Virus record (IMG/VR): IMGVR_UViG_3300030397_000812 | Span: 286-64,285 of that record | Direction: 5' to 3' (one strand) | Source: a virus | DNA length: 64,000 nucleotides | Notes under the pieces: generated by a model | Database searches by the model: none | Told to the model about the DNA's origin: nothing | Seen by the model: only the letters and a program-made list of their open reading frames with translations | Shown: positions 6,891-15,355 of the stretch, piece by piece | Layout: each line of letters starts with the position of its first letter | How positions within the stretch are numbered: the first letter of the stretch is position 1 | Program-made: the position numbers and the translations under genes

Positions 6891-7729
6891 AATCCAAATG
6901 GATCAAGGATTTGTTTGATAAAAACAATGAGTCCAGTACTTTGAGTGACAGTAATTCCATTGGGGATTCCTTCATATGGAAAAACACTGATGAGGGGTGG
7001 AAATTTTGGGATTTAGTAAGTGGGGGTAGGGAGTCTGAGGCGATCGAATTCTATGAGAAAAACATCGGACCAATACCGGATGAGGGTGATGACATCCCAA
7101 ATATCCTAAATATTGGAGACAGGGTTCAAATAATGAGCGGATGGGACGATCCAACTGTTCCTGATTCTCTACAAGTCGGATGTATTGGATATGTAAACAA
7201 GAGGGCAAATATACCTGATTGTTTCATTATAGAGGATCAGGATGGGGATCGAACGCACATATTCCACAAGAGGTTCTTGAAGAAGACAAAGAAAACCAGG
7301 AAAACGATTGACAATTCCCTAATGTTTGAGGTCGGGGAATATTTCTCTATGCTTAGACCAAGTACAAATGGTCACCTGAACACTGGGGATATTGTTAAGA
7401 TCGTTTCAATTGATCCTCCACCAGAGCTTCATACCAAAGACCAGTGGCTTCCTTATTTCGTCGAGCGAGTTATGGACGGTAAATCTAGCGTTCAGGATTG
7501 GGTCAGAGAGCACTGGTTGAAACCGGAAATGGAATTCAATGCAATAGATCAATATAATAGGGCTGGAAACGTTGTCCTACATCACTCCATAAAGAAAAAT
7601 CCACTCACTAAAGATGAGTGTTTCGTTAAGGAAAGTGGTTCGACTTGCGTGGTGGATTTGAAAGCACTCGAAAAACCAAACCCATATAACGAAACCGATC
7701 TCAAAGAACTTGATCTTAAAAAGGTATAG
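6866..7729 (+). CDS. SH3/KOW-like repeat protein with shared C-terminal tag
   Basis: LNIGDRVQI and FEVGEYF/LNTGDIVKIV modules; ends NPYNETDLKELDLKKV*. Confidence 0.75.
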   Translation: MGITRGEIKSKWIKDLFDKNNESSTLSDSNSIGDSFIWKNTDEGWKFWDLVSGGRESEAIEFYEKNIGPIPDEGDDIPNILNIGDRVQIMSGWDDPTVPDSLQVGCIGYVNKRANIPDCFIIEDQDGDRTHIFHKRFLKKTKKTRKTIDNSLMFEVGEYFSMLRPSTNGHLNTGDIVKIVSIDPPPELHTKDQWLPYFVERVMDGKSSVQDWVREHWLKPEMEFNAIDQYNRAGNVVLHHSIKKNPLTKDECFVKESGSTCVVDLKALEKPNPYNETDLKELDLKKV

Positions 7730-7732
7730 TCA

Positions 7733-8053
7733 ATGGCTGCTCTTTTATCTGATAAAATTCTTGGCGCGCAGATAGATTATGGCGTGAGTGACTTCAGCGG
7801 AGTTTCTTTGTTCGGTAGACGTGCGGGAAAGAGCGTTGTGGGGCAAATTACTAGAGATTATCTGGAGAGCAATGATTATTATTTATCGGAGCTGAAAAGG
7901 ATTCAATCAGAGATGAGGATTCTCAGGAAAACATCCTCAAAACCCGAGGAAACATCAATGTCAATGAAAGAGATACCAGACATCTTAAGGAAAGAGAAAA
8001 CAAACAAGTACCGAGACACTGATTTAAAGGAATTTGAAATTGAAAAGATTTGA
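7733..8053 (+). CDS. Hypothetical protein with shared C-terminal tag
   Basis: Ends NKYRDTDLKEFEIEKI*. Confidence 0.75.
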   Translation: MAALLSDKILGAQIDYGVSDFSGVSLFGRRAGKSVVGQITRDYLESNDYYLSELKRIQSEMRILRKTSSKPEETSMSMKEIPDILRKEKTNKYRDTDLKEFEIEKI

Positions 8054-8056
8054 ACC

Positions 8057-8383
8057 ATGGAATATTTTATAGGTGATCGGATTGAGATTGTGGAGAAAGG
8101 GATATGTAGTATTCCAGTGGGCAGCAAAGGCACCGTCATAAACCATTCAGATATTGAAGAGGAGTTATCCAATGGGTACACGGATAGTCACGACAGATTC
8201 CTATTAGCGATAAGAATGGATGAGAAATATCCTTCCGTTCTTGAGTGGAAGGATTACAACATTTACCTGAAACTAACGAGGCAAATGCTTTACGCTATTA
8301 GGAGTATAGATAAAAACACTGATGGTTCCAATAATGCATACAAAAGAGCTGAAATAAAAGACTTGAACATTAAAAAGATTTAA
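8057..8383 (+). CDS. SH3/KOW-like protein with shared C-terminal tag
   Basis: YFIGDRIEIV...GSKGTV; ends NAYKRAEIKDLNIKKI*. Confidence 0.75.
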   Translation: MEYFIGDRIEIVEKGICSIPVGSKGTVINHSDIEEELSNGYTDSHDRFLLAIRMDEKYPSVLEWKDYNIYLKLTRQMLYAIRSIDKNTDGSNNAYKRAEIKDLNIKKI

Positions 8384-8395
8384 TCAATAAAGACT

Positions 8396-8764
8396 ATGGC
8401 AGATTCTGCACCTAAAGGTTGGCTTCAAACCGTCCTCGCTGCACTACAAGGTGGTGACGAGGGAAAATTGAAGCGTCTTCAAAAGAAGGCAATCAAACAA
8501 TTGGAAGATTCTAAGCTTGCTAACAATCGAGAGATCGAGGAGAAGCGAGAGCGAATTGCTGATTTGCGAGAATCACTTTCCGACACTGTTTCATCCCCTG
8601 ATGTTGAACAGATCAAAACCACTGAAGCTGCGAAATCATACGCTCGTTCGTATGTGAGTAGCCTCAAGGAAATTCTGGGAAATATCAAGGATGTAGAGAA
8701 CGGCATAGAACACCTCGAAGAGGAGAATGCCGTCTACGAAGAGGTTCTTGAGCTTCTCCAGTAG
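8396..8764 (+). CDS. Helical coiled-coil protein resembling a family seen in Bacteroidota phages
   Basis: All-helical heptad pattern; WLQTVLAALQGGDEG N-terminus; family link from memory only. Confidence 0.75.
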   Translation: MADSAPKGWLQTVLAALQGGDEGKLKRLQKKAIKQLEDSKLANNREIEEKRERIADLRESLSDTVSSPDVEQIKTTEAAKSYARSYVSSLKEILGNIKDVENGIEHLEEENAVYEEVLELLQ

Positions 8765-8814
8765 GGAGTATCGGGAATGTAAATTCCAAAAAGGGGGCGA
8801 CATGCCCCCAATAA

Positions 8815-8879
8815 GCCGGAGTAGCTCAGTTGGTAGAGCGCATATTGAGGTCGGGGGTTCGAATCCCTCTTCCGGCTCA
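8815..8879 (+). ncRNA. tRNA-like RNA with the anticodon arm deleted
   Basis: GCCGGAG/TTCCGGC acceptor; TA; GCTC-AGTTGGTA-GAGC D-arm; G; only CATATTG (7 nt instead of 17); AGGTC; GGGGG-TTCGAAT-CCCTC T-arm; T-CA. Confidence 0.85.
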
Positions 8880-8897
8880 ACATTAAATTCTAAAGAC

Positions 8898-9218
8898 ATG
8901 AGCAGACCAAGATATTACATCACGAAGAATGCAGATAGAACATCCTCTGCTATTACAGACAAAGAAACGTTTAGCACAGACGTTTTATCTGAAGCCGTCG
9001 GGGTGGTCCATGCCAGGGGCGGAACTATTATTTGGGACGATCAGGAGATGAAGTTCTTTAAGATCAAGTCTGGTCAGGGAGCGGGCACTTCTTCCCAAAA
9101 GAAAATGTACGCCAATCTTGTTGCGCAGGAGTTGCGAGACATTCTCAAGCACAACAATGGAAGATTTGATCCACTGTACATTAGCGGAGAGAATGTGTGG
9201 AGTGGCGGCGTCTACTAA
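8898..9218 (+). CDS. Hypothetical protein
   Basis: ATG at 8898 (track start 8727 runs through the tRNA-like element and is unlikely). Confidence 0.65.
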   Translation: MSRPRYYITKNADRTSSAITDKETFSTDVLSEAVGVVHARGGTIIWDDQEMKFFKIKSGQGAGTSSQKKMYANLVAQELRDILKHNNGRFDPLYISGENVWSGGVY

Positions 9219-9774
9219 AAAAGAAGAATCCCTCCCCTTTAAGGTTGGTGATTACGTTGTTCATCGAGAACGCACCCATCATCACGGAGTGATTGACTCA
9301 ATAACAGAAGATCCTGAAGGAAATTTGTTGGTCAGGGCTTACCCCTTGAAAGGAACGGGTGGATTGTTGCATCATTTCAGGAATGATTGTGTAAAAAAAC
9401 TAGTCAAAGTCGGGTTTCCAAAATACAGAGTAGGGGAATGGTTTCGCGGACAGATATCTGGAGTGAGGCATGTTGTGAAAGAAATATTCAGGTACAATTT
9501 TCAATACAATACATGGGAGTACGCAACCAATATGGCTCCAAGAGGATGTCCAATTAGGGAGTGTAATGTAGCTCAATGTGAGTCACCAGAACTAAAGTCT
9601 CCCGATCCATCTCCAGTAAAAGCAGATACATATATTTATGATGGTAAAAAAATATCTGAATCCGATTTTGCCGTTGTATTTGCTTCATCAAGAACTTTGA
9701 TTGAAAAAGAACAAGGTAAAAAGAACAAGTACCGAGACGCTGATATCAAGGATTTGGATATTAAAAAGATATGA
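9118..9774 (+). CDS. Tandem SH3/KOW-like protein with shared C-terminal tag
   Basis: FKVGDYVVH and YRVGEWFR modules; ends NKYRDADIKDLDIKKI*; start uncertain. Confidence 0.7.
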   Translation: MLRRSCETFSSTTMEDLIHCTLAERMCGVAASTKKEESLPFKVGDYVVHRERTHHHGVIDSITEDPEGNLLVRAYPLKGTGGLLHHFRNDCVKKLVKVGFPKYRVGEWFRGQISGVRHVVKEIFRYNFQYNTWEYATNMAPRGCPIRECNVAQCESPELKSPDPSPVKADTYIYDGKKISESDFAVVFASSRTLIEKEQGKKNKYRDADIKDLDIKKI

Positions 9775-9807
9775 AGAAAATTTGTTTATGTCCTTTTTAG
9801 GACAATG

Positions 9808-9861
9808 ACAAATGAGATTTGTTTAAGCTCAAACGGGCGGTAACAAATGAGATTTGTTTAA
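9808..9861. repeat. 19-bp direct repeat pair with internal dyad (operator-like)
   Basis: ACAAATGAGATTTGTTTAA at 9808-9826 and 9843-9861; dyad ACAAAT-GAG-ATTTGT; intergenic. Confidence 0.85.
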
Positions 9862-9894
9862 CGGGTTGAATCTGGAATTTTACCGGTGGTCGAA

Positions 9895-10041
9895 CGCAAA
9901 CCAACGGAACAGAGCCCGCACCATAGGCTAGTCAAGCGGCGCCCCGCGTCATCTCCCTGTTGACGGACCATATGCTTGATAGTGCTGAGACAGTCGCAGA
10001 TTCGTAATGAGGCATTTAACGACTGATGGGCGGGTATTGCG
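9895..10041 (+). ncRNA. Putative ~150-nt structured ncRNA
   Basis: CGCAA/TTGCG closing; GCCCGC-ACCA/TGG-GCGGGT; CTAGTCAAGC/GCTTGATAG; CCGCGTCA/TGACGG; CAGTCG/CGACTG; followed by TTTTT. Confidence 0.6.
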
Positions 10042-10058
10042 TTTTTAAAAAGAATACA

Positions 10059-10424
10059 ATGGAAAAGAAAAAACTAGAACTGATAACAAAGGATGATTTC
10101 TATCAAGCTTTTCGAGAGGCTTACAATGGCGGTTTGAAAAACCACGCGCCATTAGGGTCATCGGGCGATACGATAATTTTACACGATCTTAAGGATGACC
10201 CAGACTACGAGGGTAACGCATCCAGACCCGCCCAAGTTTCTTTAAGGAGGTATAATGGCGACGTGGAGCTTCTAATCACGGACATTAAAGGAAATTTTCT
10301 TTTCTATGGAAGATATCGAATATCAATTGATCCCATGTTCATTGCTGAGAAGTATTGGGAGATATTCTTAGATGTAAAGGGCTTGATGTTCAAGGACAAT
10401 GAAACTATAAAGCACAGCATATGA
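10059..10424 (+). CDS. Hypothetical protein
   Basis: ATG after A-rich leader; ATGA overlap with next gene. Confidence 0.7.
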   Translation: MEKKKLELITKDDFYQAFREAYNGGLKNHAPLGSSGDTIILHDLKDDPDYEGNASRPAQVSLRRYNGDVELLITDIKGNFLFYGRYRISIDPMFIAEKYWEIFLDVKGLMFKDNETIKHSI

Positions 10425-10723
10425 TTGATGGAAAAGATTTCGAAGAAATTGATGAAGTCTTCTTGGGCGAGGAAGAGATAGACATCCACGTCGCCGACGA
10501 TGAATATTTCTCTGATGAGGACTCCGAAAAGAATGATAGTGAACCAAAGAAAAGGGAGAGAATGTACTGCAAGGTCAGAGACACAATGATCCCGTACGGC
10601 TTTCCTAGAGGTTCAGATTCATTTGCAACATCAAACATCAAGAGCCAGGACATCAATCGCGTTCGCGCAACCGCTCTTTATACAAAACCAATTATCACAA
10701 CATCAAACACAGGAATATCATGA
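10421..10723 (+). CDS. Hypothetical protein with acidic N-terminus
   Basis: Coupled ORF in operon. Confidence 0.65.
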   Translation: MIDGKDFEEIDEVFLGEEEIDIHVADDEYFSDEDSEKNDSEPKKRERMYCKVRDTMIPYGFPRGSDSFATSNIKSQDINRVRATALYTKPIITTSNTGIS

Positions 10724-11244
10724 TAATTTCATTCATTACAACAATTCTAACGCTTTACGCTTGGTACTTTCTTGCCGGAAGGAACAACGGTCTCATGGAT
10801 ACCATATCCCATCACTGGGATCGGGCGCCATCAAGACTGCATAATAATCCATCCTTTTGGGACCCAACTATTTCATGGGTAAGGAAATGGAAACTTGATA
10901 ATACCTTTCAAGAAATAATTCCAGTGAGTAAAAGCGCATCAAGGAAGCATCATTGGTGGTATTTAAGAATGCATACCCCGAAGTATGTGGAAAGATTTGC
11001 GTACTCATCCACATTCCTCGTTTTTCTAACTGATGGATGGCACAGACTTAAGTCAGGAATGATCATTTATATGTGTTTAGGGGCTGGAATGGCAATTATA
11101 CTACCATTTACAAGTGACTGGTGGGTAAATTTTGCCGCAGAAAGGATAGGATTATTTATTAATTATCCATGTATTCCTTTGGTTATCCACATTATTTTGT
11201 GTAGACTTGCTTTTGGAATCGGATTTGCAACAAGATATCGATAA
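10720..11244 (+). CDS. Multi-pass membrane protein
   Basis: Several hydrophobic segments; FWDPTISWVRKWK and SSTFLVFLTDGWH motifs. Confidence 0.75.
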   Translation: MIISFITTILTLYAWYFLAGRNNGLMDTISHHWDRAPSRLHNNPSFWDPTISWVRKWKLDNTFQEIIPVSKSASRKHHWWYLRMHTPKYVERFAYSSTFLVFLTDGWHRLKSGMIIYMCLGAGMAIILPFTSDWWVNFAAERIGLFINYPCIPLVIHIILCRLAFGIGFATRYR

Positions 11245-11249
11245 TAACC

Positions 11250-11528
11250 ATGAGCAACGAAGATAAATTTGTATCCATCATTTCGGAAATATCACTCCCT
11301 GAATACAACTCCGGAGAGAAGTTCACACCCCTTATTGAGTTACAGAGATTACACTCAAAATTTCCGTACTCAATCAAGTTGCAGGGAGAGCCCCAACTAG
11401 TTCATAAGGACGGGTTTTTTCAAATGCTCGATTCGAATGGATCAACTATTTATGGCATACCTTCCGATCCGGAGCTAATGGATGAAAAAGTCAGGGACAC
11501 TCTAGAGGAGTGGGAAATCATTAAATAA
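11250..11528 (+). CDS. Hypothetical protein
   Basis: ORF in operon context. Confidence 0.65.
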   Translation: MSNEDKFVSIISEISLPEYNSGEKFTPLIELQRLHSKFPYSIKLQGEPQLVHKDGFFQMLDSNGSTIYGIPSDPELMDEKVRDTLEEWEIIK

Positions 11529-11535
11529 CAATAAC

Positions 11536-11709
11536 ATGAATGCAAAAGCTGTAGTTTTCTTTATATTAGGAGCCGTGGTGGTTATATCATGGCTCACTGC
11601 ATTGAATACGATTGGAATGACGCCAATGAATTGGTTTTTTGGGTCCTTAATGACCCTTTGTTATATTGGAGCCTTCCTTGTGTTTAAGCCATGGATAAAA
11701 GATAAATGA
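11536..11709 (+). CDS. Small two-TM membrane protein (57 aa, not in ORF track)
   Basis: MNAKAVVFFILGAVVVISWLTAL...WFFGSLMTLCYIGAFLVFKPWIKDK*; fills the gap between genes with ATGA overlap. Confidence 0.7.
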   Translation: MNAKAVVFFILGAVVVISWLTALNTIGMTPMNWFFGSLMTLCYIGAFLVFKPWIKDK

Positions 11710-11915
11710 TAGCCTATAAAGACATGACTTTTTGTCCTTTTTACGAGGACTGCAAAAAACAAAAGGCTTGTCATCGCCCTTTGACCCCAGAAGTGAAAGC
11801 GGCTGCGGATGCTTGGTGGAAGTCTGGATTTCCTGAATCATCCAAGAGGGGTGGGGCTCCGATTTCAATGTACACAGGCAGACCATCTTGTCACGATCAA
11901 ATATTAAAACAATGA
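11706..11915 (+). CDS. Small Cys-rich hypothetical protein
   Basis: TFCPFYEDC...CHR...C motif. Confidence 0.65.
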   Translation: MIAYKDMTFCPFYEDCKKQKACHRPLTPEVKAAADAWWKSGFPESSKRGGAPISMYTGRPSCHDQILKQ

Positions 11916-12370
11916 ATGTAAACAGACCATTATCAAAAGAGGAATTGAATGTCCTTCGACTTGCGAATCCAAAGGGATTTGTTATAAAGTCAAAACATCC
12001 AAATAGAAGAATGAGAAGGAGTCATATCCAAAAGGATCGATTTGTCAAAAACACTTCAACAAATCATCTAACCGTACATGAAACGCCCTTGGGCGGTACC
12101 AAATACAGAAGGGTCGTTCAGCTGGTCCAGGAGGTTGAAACTCGAGATTTAACCAGAAGCGAGAGGAATCAATTAAATAACCTCAAGAAATCCGGGGTGT
12201 CCCTATCTCAAATACGTCAGCTCGAGGCTTTCGAAAACCTCACTGACGGGGAAATGGTTAAAAGGAAGCTGGTACATAGGATGAAAACTGGCGAGCCAGG
12301 GAAAGTAAACAGAATCGAGCATTACATGAAGCGCAATGTTCGATATGGAATTAAAAAGAAAGCGGCGTGA
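11912..12370 (+). CDS. Basic hypothetical protein
   Basis: K/R-rich; ATGA overlap. Confidence 0.65.
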   Translation: MNVNRPLSKEELNVLRLANPKGFVIKSKHPNRRMRRSHIQKDRFVKNTSTNHLTVHETPLGGTKYRRVVQLVQEVETRDLTRSERNQLNNLKKSGVSLSQIRQLEAFENLTDGEMVKRKLVHRMKTGEPGKVNRIEHYMKRNVRYGIKKKAA

Positions 12371-12759
12371 GGAGAATAACCGTTCAAGAAGCGCTAGATC
12401 AAGGCTATACCAAAATTGGAGTGGTGGGCTTACAGTGGCAGACTGTTAGGGATCTACACGAGGATATTGAGTCAGAACTTAATGAGGAAGGCATCTCTCT
12501 TTCCGAGGTAGCACTTTTCAGTAAAGAGACCACTTGCGTATCAATTTCCCCATCTACAATAATGGACATACTTGCTGATGAGCTAGTTGAGCTTGATCAT
12601 GAGGTTTCAGGTAGAGATGACGATCATGTTTATAATTCTATTAAAGAGCATGAAGGTATCTTAAAATCGGTTAAGAGACTCACTGCAGGAGTCAATCTTG
12701 TGTTGAAGTCAAAGTGTTCATATTACTCTTTAACCACCATTGGATTGAAGTCATCATGA
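12367..12759 (+). CDS. Hypothetical protein
   Basis: GTGA overlap with upstream stop. Confidence 0.65.
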   Translation: MRRITVQEALDQGYTKIGVVGLQWQTVRDLHEDIESELNEEGISLSEVALFSKETTCVSISPSTIMDILADELVELDHEVSGRDDDHVYNSIKEHEGILKSVKRLTAGVNLVLKSKCSYYSLTTIGLKSS

Positions 12760-13190
12760 AGAAATACGTTTTAGCATTTATATTCACAAAGGACATGGAA
12801 AATGTTTGGTTAATTCAGAAGAATAGACCAAACTGGCAGAAAGGTAAGTTAAATGGAATAGGCGGCAAGATAGAGCCCGGGGAGACCCCGAAAGAAGCTA
12901 TACTGAGAGAGGTTCATGAAGAGTCGGGTGTTGATCTATCTTCGAATGAATCTTTTCAGTTCATTGGAGATTTAAGCAATGATTCGTTTCACATGGATGT
13001 TTTTGCATGTGTATCCGATGAGTATCTCGTTACAATGGAGGACGAGACTGTGCTTCTTATTCCAGTCAGTGAACTGAGCGATCTATTGTGCATAGATAAC
13101 GTCCCAGCCCTGATAGAATTGTCTTTACTTAAAATTAATGGAGATGGATTTTTCGATAAGTTTTCCATTAAAATGAATGACCCACAATGA
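12756..13190 (+). CDS. Nudix (MutT-like) hydrolase
   Basis: Nudix box GGKIEPGETPKEAILREVHEESGV. Confidence 0.9.
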   Translation: MKKYVLAFIFTKDMENVWLIQKNRPNWQKGKLNGIGGKIEPGETPKEAILREVHEESGVDLSSNESFQFIGDLSNDSFHMDVFACVSDEYLVTMEDETVLLIPVSELSDLLCIDNVPALIELSLLKINGDGFFDKFSIKMNDPQ

Positions 13191-13807
13191 AACTTTCAAA
13201 GAAACTTTTGATCTGGATCGCAATCGCTGTGATTGTTTTCGTCCAGGTTCCACACCTTGCTAAGGTGTTCTACGATTTCAGTAGTTTTCCTAGCGAATGG
13301 TTGAAGATTACTCACGGGCTGTTGATAGCTGCATCGATCGATGCATGCGTTTTAATCTTCGCTCTGCGCGGCAGGGAATGGGTTACTGGAGCCTTCATGA
13401 CAGCTTCATTCGTGATCACGCTTAGGTATTACATTGCATTCATGACCAATACATTTGATCAAGTTGTGATTGTAATGCTTGCCGCAATTAGCGTGTTAGC
13501 CGTGTTCTTCCTATCTAAAGAGGCTAAGAAGGTGAATGAAGAGGAGTTAATTGAATCCCAAGAATCCGAGAATGATCGAGTGAATGCATTACTTAACGAG
13601 CAGGCTGAAAAATTAAGGGAGAAGTTTGAGCAGGAGAAAGGTGTTGTGTTTACTGATGATGAGATTGAAATAATCAAGCTGAAGAAATCCGGTAAGACAC
13701 ATGATGAGGTTGAGGCTCATTTCAGGGAGTCTGACAGAAAGATTTCGAGAAACCGAATCGTTGACACGGTGAAAAAATTCAAGGCACTTTACGAAGATGA
13801 GATATAA
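13187..13807 (+). CDS. Membrane protein with coiled-coil and C-terminal HTH-like domain
   Basis: Four hydrophobic segments, then charged helix and GKTHDEVEAHF...ISRNRIVDTVKK. Confidence 0.7.
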   Translation: MKLSKKLLIWIAIAVIVFVQVPHLAKVFYDFSSFPSEWLKITHGLLIAASIDACVLIFALRGREWVTGAFMTASFVITLRYYIAFMTNTFDQVVIVMLAAISVLAVFFLSKEAKKVNEEELIESQESENDRVNALLNEQAEKLREKFEQEKGVVFTDDEIEIIKLKKSGKTHDEVEAHFRESDRKISRNRIVDTVKKFKALYEDEI

Positions 13808-14052
13808 TGGCATACGAACCTACACTAATAATTGATTTTGAAAGTCTGATAGACAAGGAGCCGGAAATAAAGGAGTTGAAAGATGACTTTCCTGAGTCAA
13901 AATACTTGTGGAAATTAATCCGAGAAGGGAGCGGTGTGGACTTCAAGGGAATCCAAATTGTTGTTTGTTGTCCAGGGGGGTCTTCATTTAACAGAAGTGT
14001 AAGAGAGGAAATGGATGATCTAGATATTTACTACACGTCATTCGATGGATAA
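13807..14052 (+). CDS. Hypothetical protein
   Basis: Coupled ORF. Confidence 0.6.
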   Translation: MAYEPTLIIDFESLIDKEPEIKELKDDFPESKYLWKLIREGSGVDFKGIQIVVCCPGGSSFNRSVREEMDDLDIYYTSFDG

Positions 14053-15355
14053 ATCAATACTCTCACCGCCGGGTCTTAATTACTACCCCTACCAGGAGGA
14101 GGGAATCATATTTTCTAGGGGCAAAAAGCGCGTCTTGATAGCTGATGAAATGGGTCTTGGTAAGACCGCTCAAGCTATTGGTATAATCAATGACAACCAG
14201 TATGAGCGCATTCTTATCATCTGTCCCGCCTCTTTGAAGATCAATTGGGAAAGAGAGCTACAGATGTGGCTACATAATCAAGAGCTCATAATCAAACAGG
14301 CGACATCTCGGAAGTTCTACAACCGTGAGGAATGCGACATAGTCATAATGAACTATGATATCGCTGATAGGTTAAGGAACGAGATGAGAGAGGATGAGTG
14401 GGACATGATCATCATGGATGAAGCGCACTACATTAAGTCCTCTAAAGCCAAGAGAACTAGAGCAATTGTCGGCTACCGAGATATCCCGCCATTAGATGCT
14501 GAGAAGATCGTCTTACTGACCGGCACCCCAATGGCTAATCGACCGGCTGATTTATGGACGATATGCCATTACCTTTCTCCGAATGTATTCAAGGATATGT
14601 GGGCTTTCAAGAAGCGTTACTGTGATCTTAAGTACATTCGTCGATTCAAGAGATGGGACGATTCCGGCTCTTCAAATCTAGAGGAGCTAGGATTGAAAAT
14701 GAAGGGCTTTATGATACGTCGATTCAAGAAAGACGTACTCACCGAGTTGCCGCCAAAGACATTCCAGGTCCATGAAATAAGACCAATGGGTGAGCTATCT
14801 CCATTGATTGCAGAGGAGAAAAAGCTTACCGAATTTGTTGACGAATCGGCTAGGGTTAAAGTAAAGCTTGAAGACACATCCAGGATTCGAAAAGAGTTGG
14901 GATTATCAAAAATCTCATCTGTCATCAATAGGTTGAAAGACATGCTTGAGCAATCAGATGACAAAATCGTTGTGTTCGCTCATCATAGAGAGGTTATTGA
15001 AAGAGTCAAGGAGGAGTTCGGAAATACTTGTGCCATGGTCTACGGCGGTATGAGTGGAAAAGCGAAGCAAGCTGAGATCGATTTATTCAAGGAAGATCCA
15101 AAGGTTCGTGTATTTGTAGGATCCATCACTTCAGCTGGAGTTGGCATAACCCTTGTAAATTCCTCCACGTTGGTATTCGCTGAGATGGATTACTCTCCAG
15201 GCAACATGAAGCAAGCGGAAGACAGAATTCATAGAGTCGGTCAGTACGCCGACATGGTGAATATCCATTATATGGTGTACACAAATAGCCTAGATGCGAA
15301 CATTGCTTACAGATTGATTGAGAAAAATGACATCATACACAAAACAATTGGGTGA
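14045..15355 (+). CDS. SNF2-family (SMARCAL1/HARP-like) helicase
   Basis: ADEMGLGKT, DEAH, LLTGTP, KIVVFAHH, QAEDRIHRVGQ. Confidence 0.95.
   Translation: MDKSILSPPGLNYYPYQEEGIIFSRGKKRVLIADEMGLGKTAQAIGIINDNQYERILIICPASLKINWERELQMWLHNQELIIKQATSRKFYNREECDIVIMNYDIADRLRNEMREDEWDMIIMDEAHYIKSSKAKRTRAIVGYRDIPPLDAEKIVLLTGTPMANRPADLWTICHYLSPNVFKDMWAFKKRYCDLKYIRRFKRWDDSGSSNLEELGLKMKGFMIRRFKKDVLTELPPKTFQVHEIRPMGELSPLIAEEKKLTEFVDESARVKVKLEDTSRIRKELGLSKISSVINRLKDMLEQSDDKIVVFAHHREVIERVKEEFGNTCAMVYGGMSGKAKQAEIDLFKEDPKVRVFVGSITSAGVGITLVNSSTLVFAEMDYSPGNMKQAEDRIHRVGQYADMVNIHYMVYTNSLDANIAYRLIEKNDIIHKTIG

Noticed and set aside
11183-11191. Perfect DnaA box TTATCCACA
   Set aside because: Single 9-mer inside a CDS; about one is expected by chance in 64 kb on two strands.
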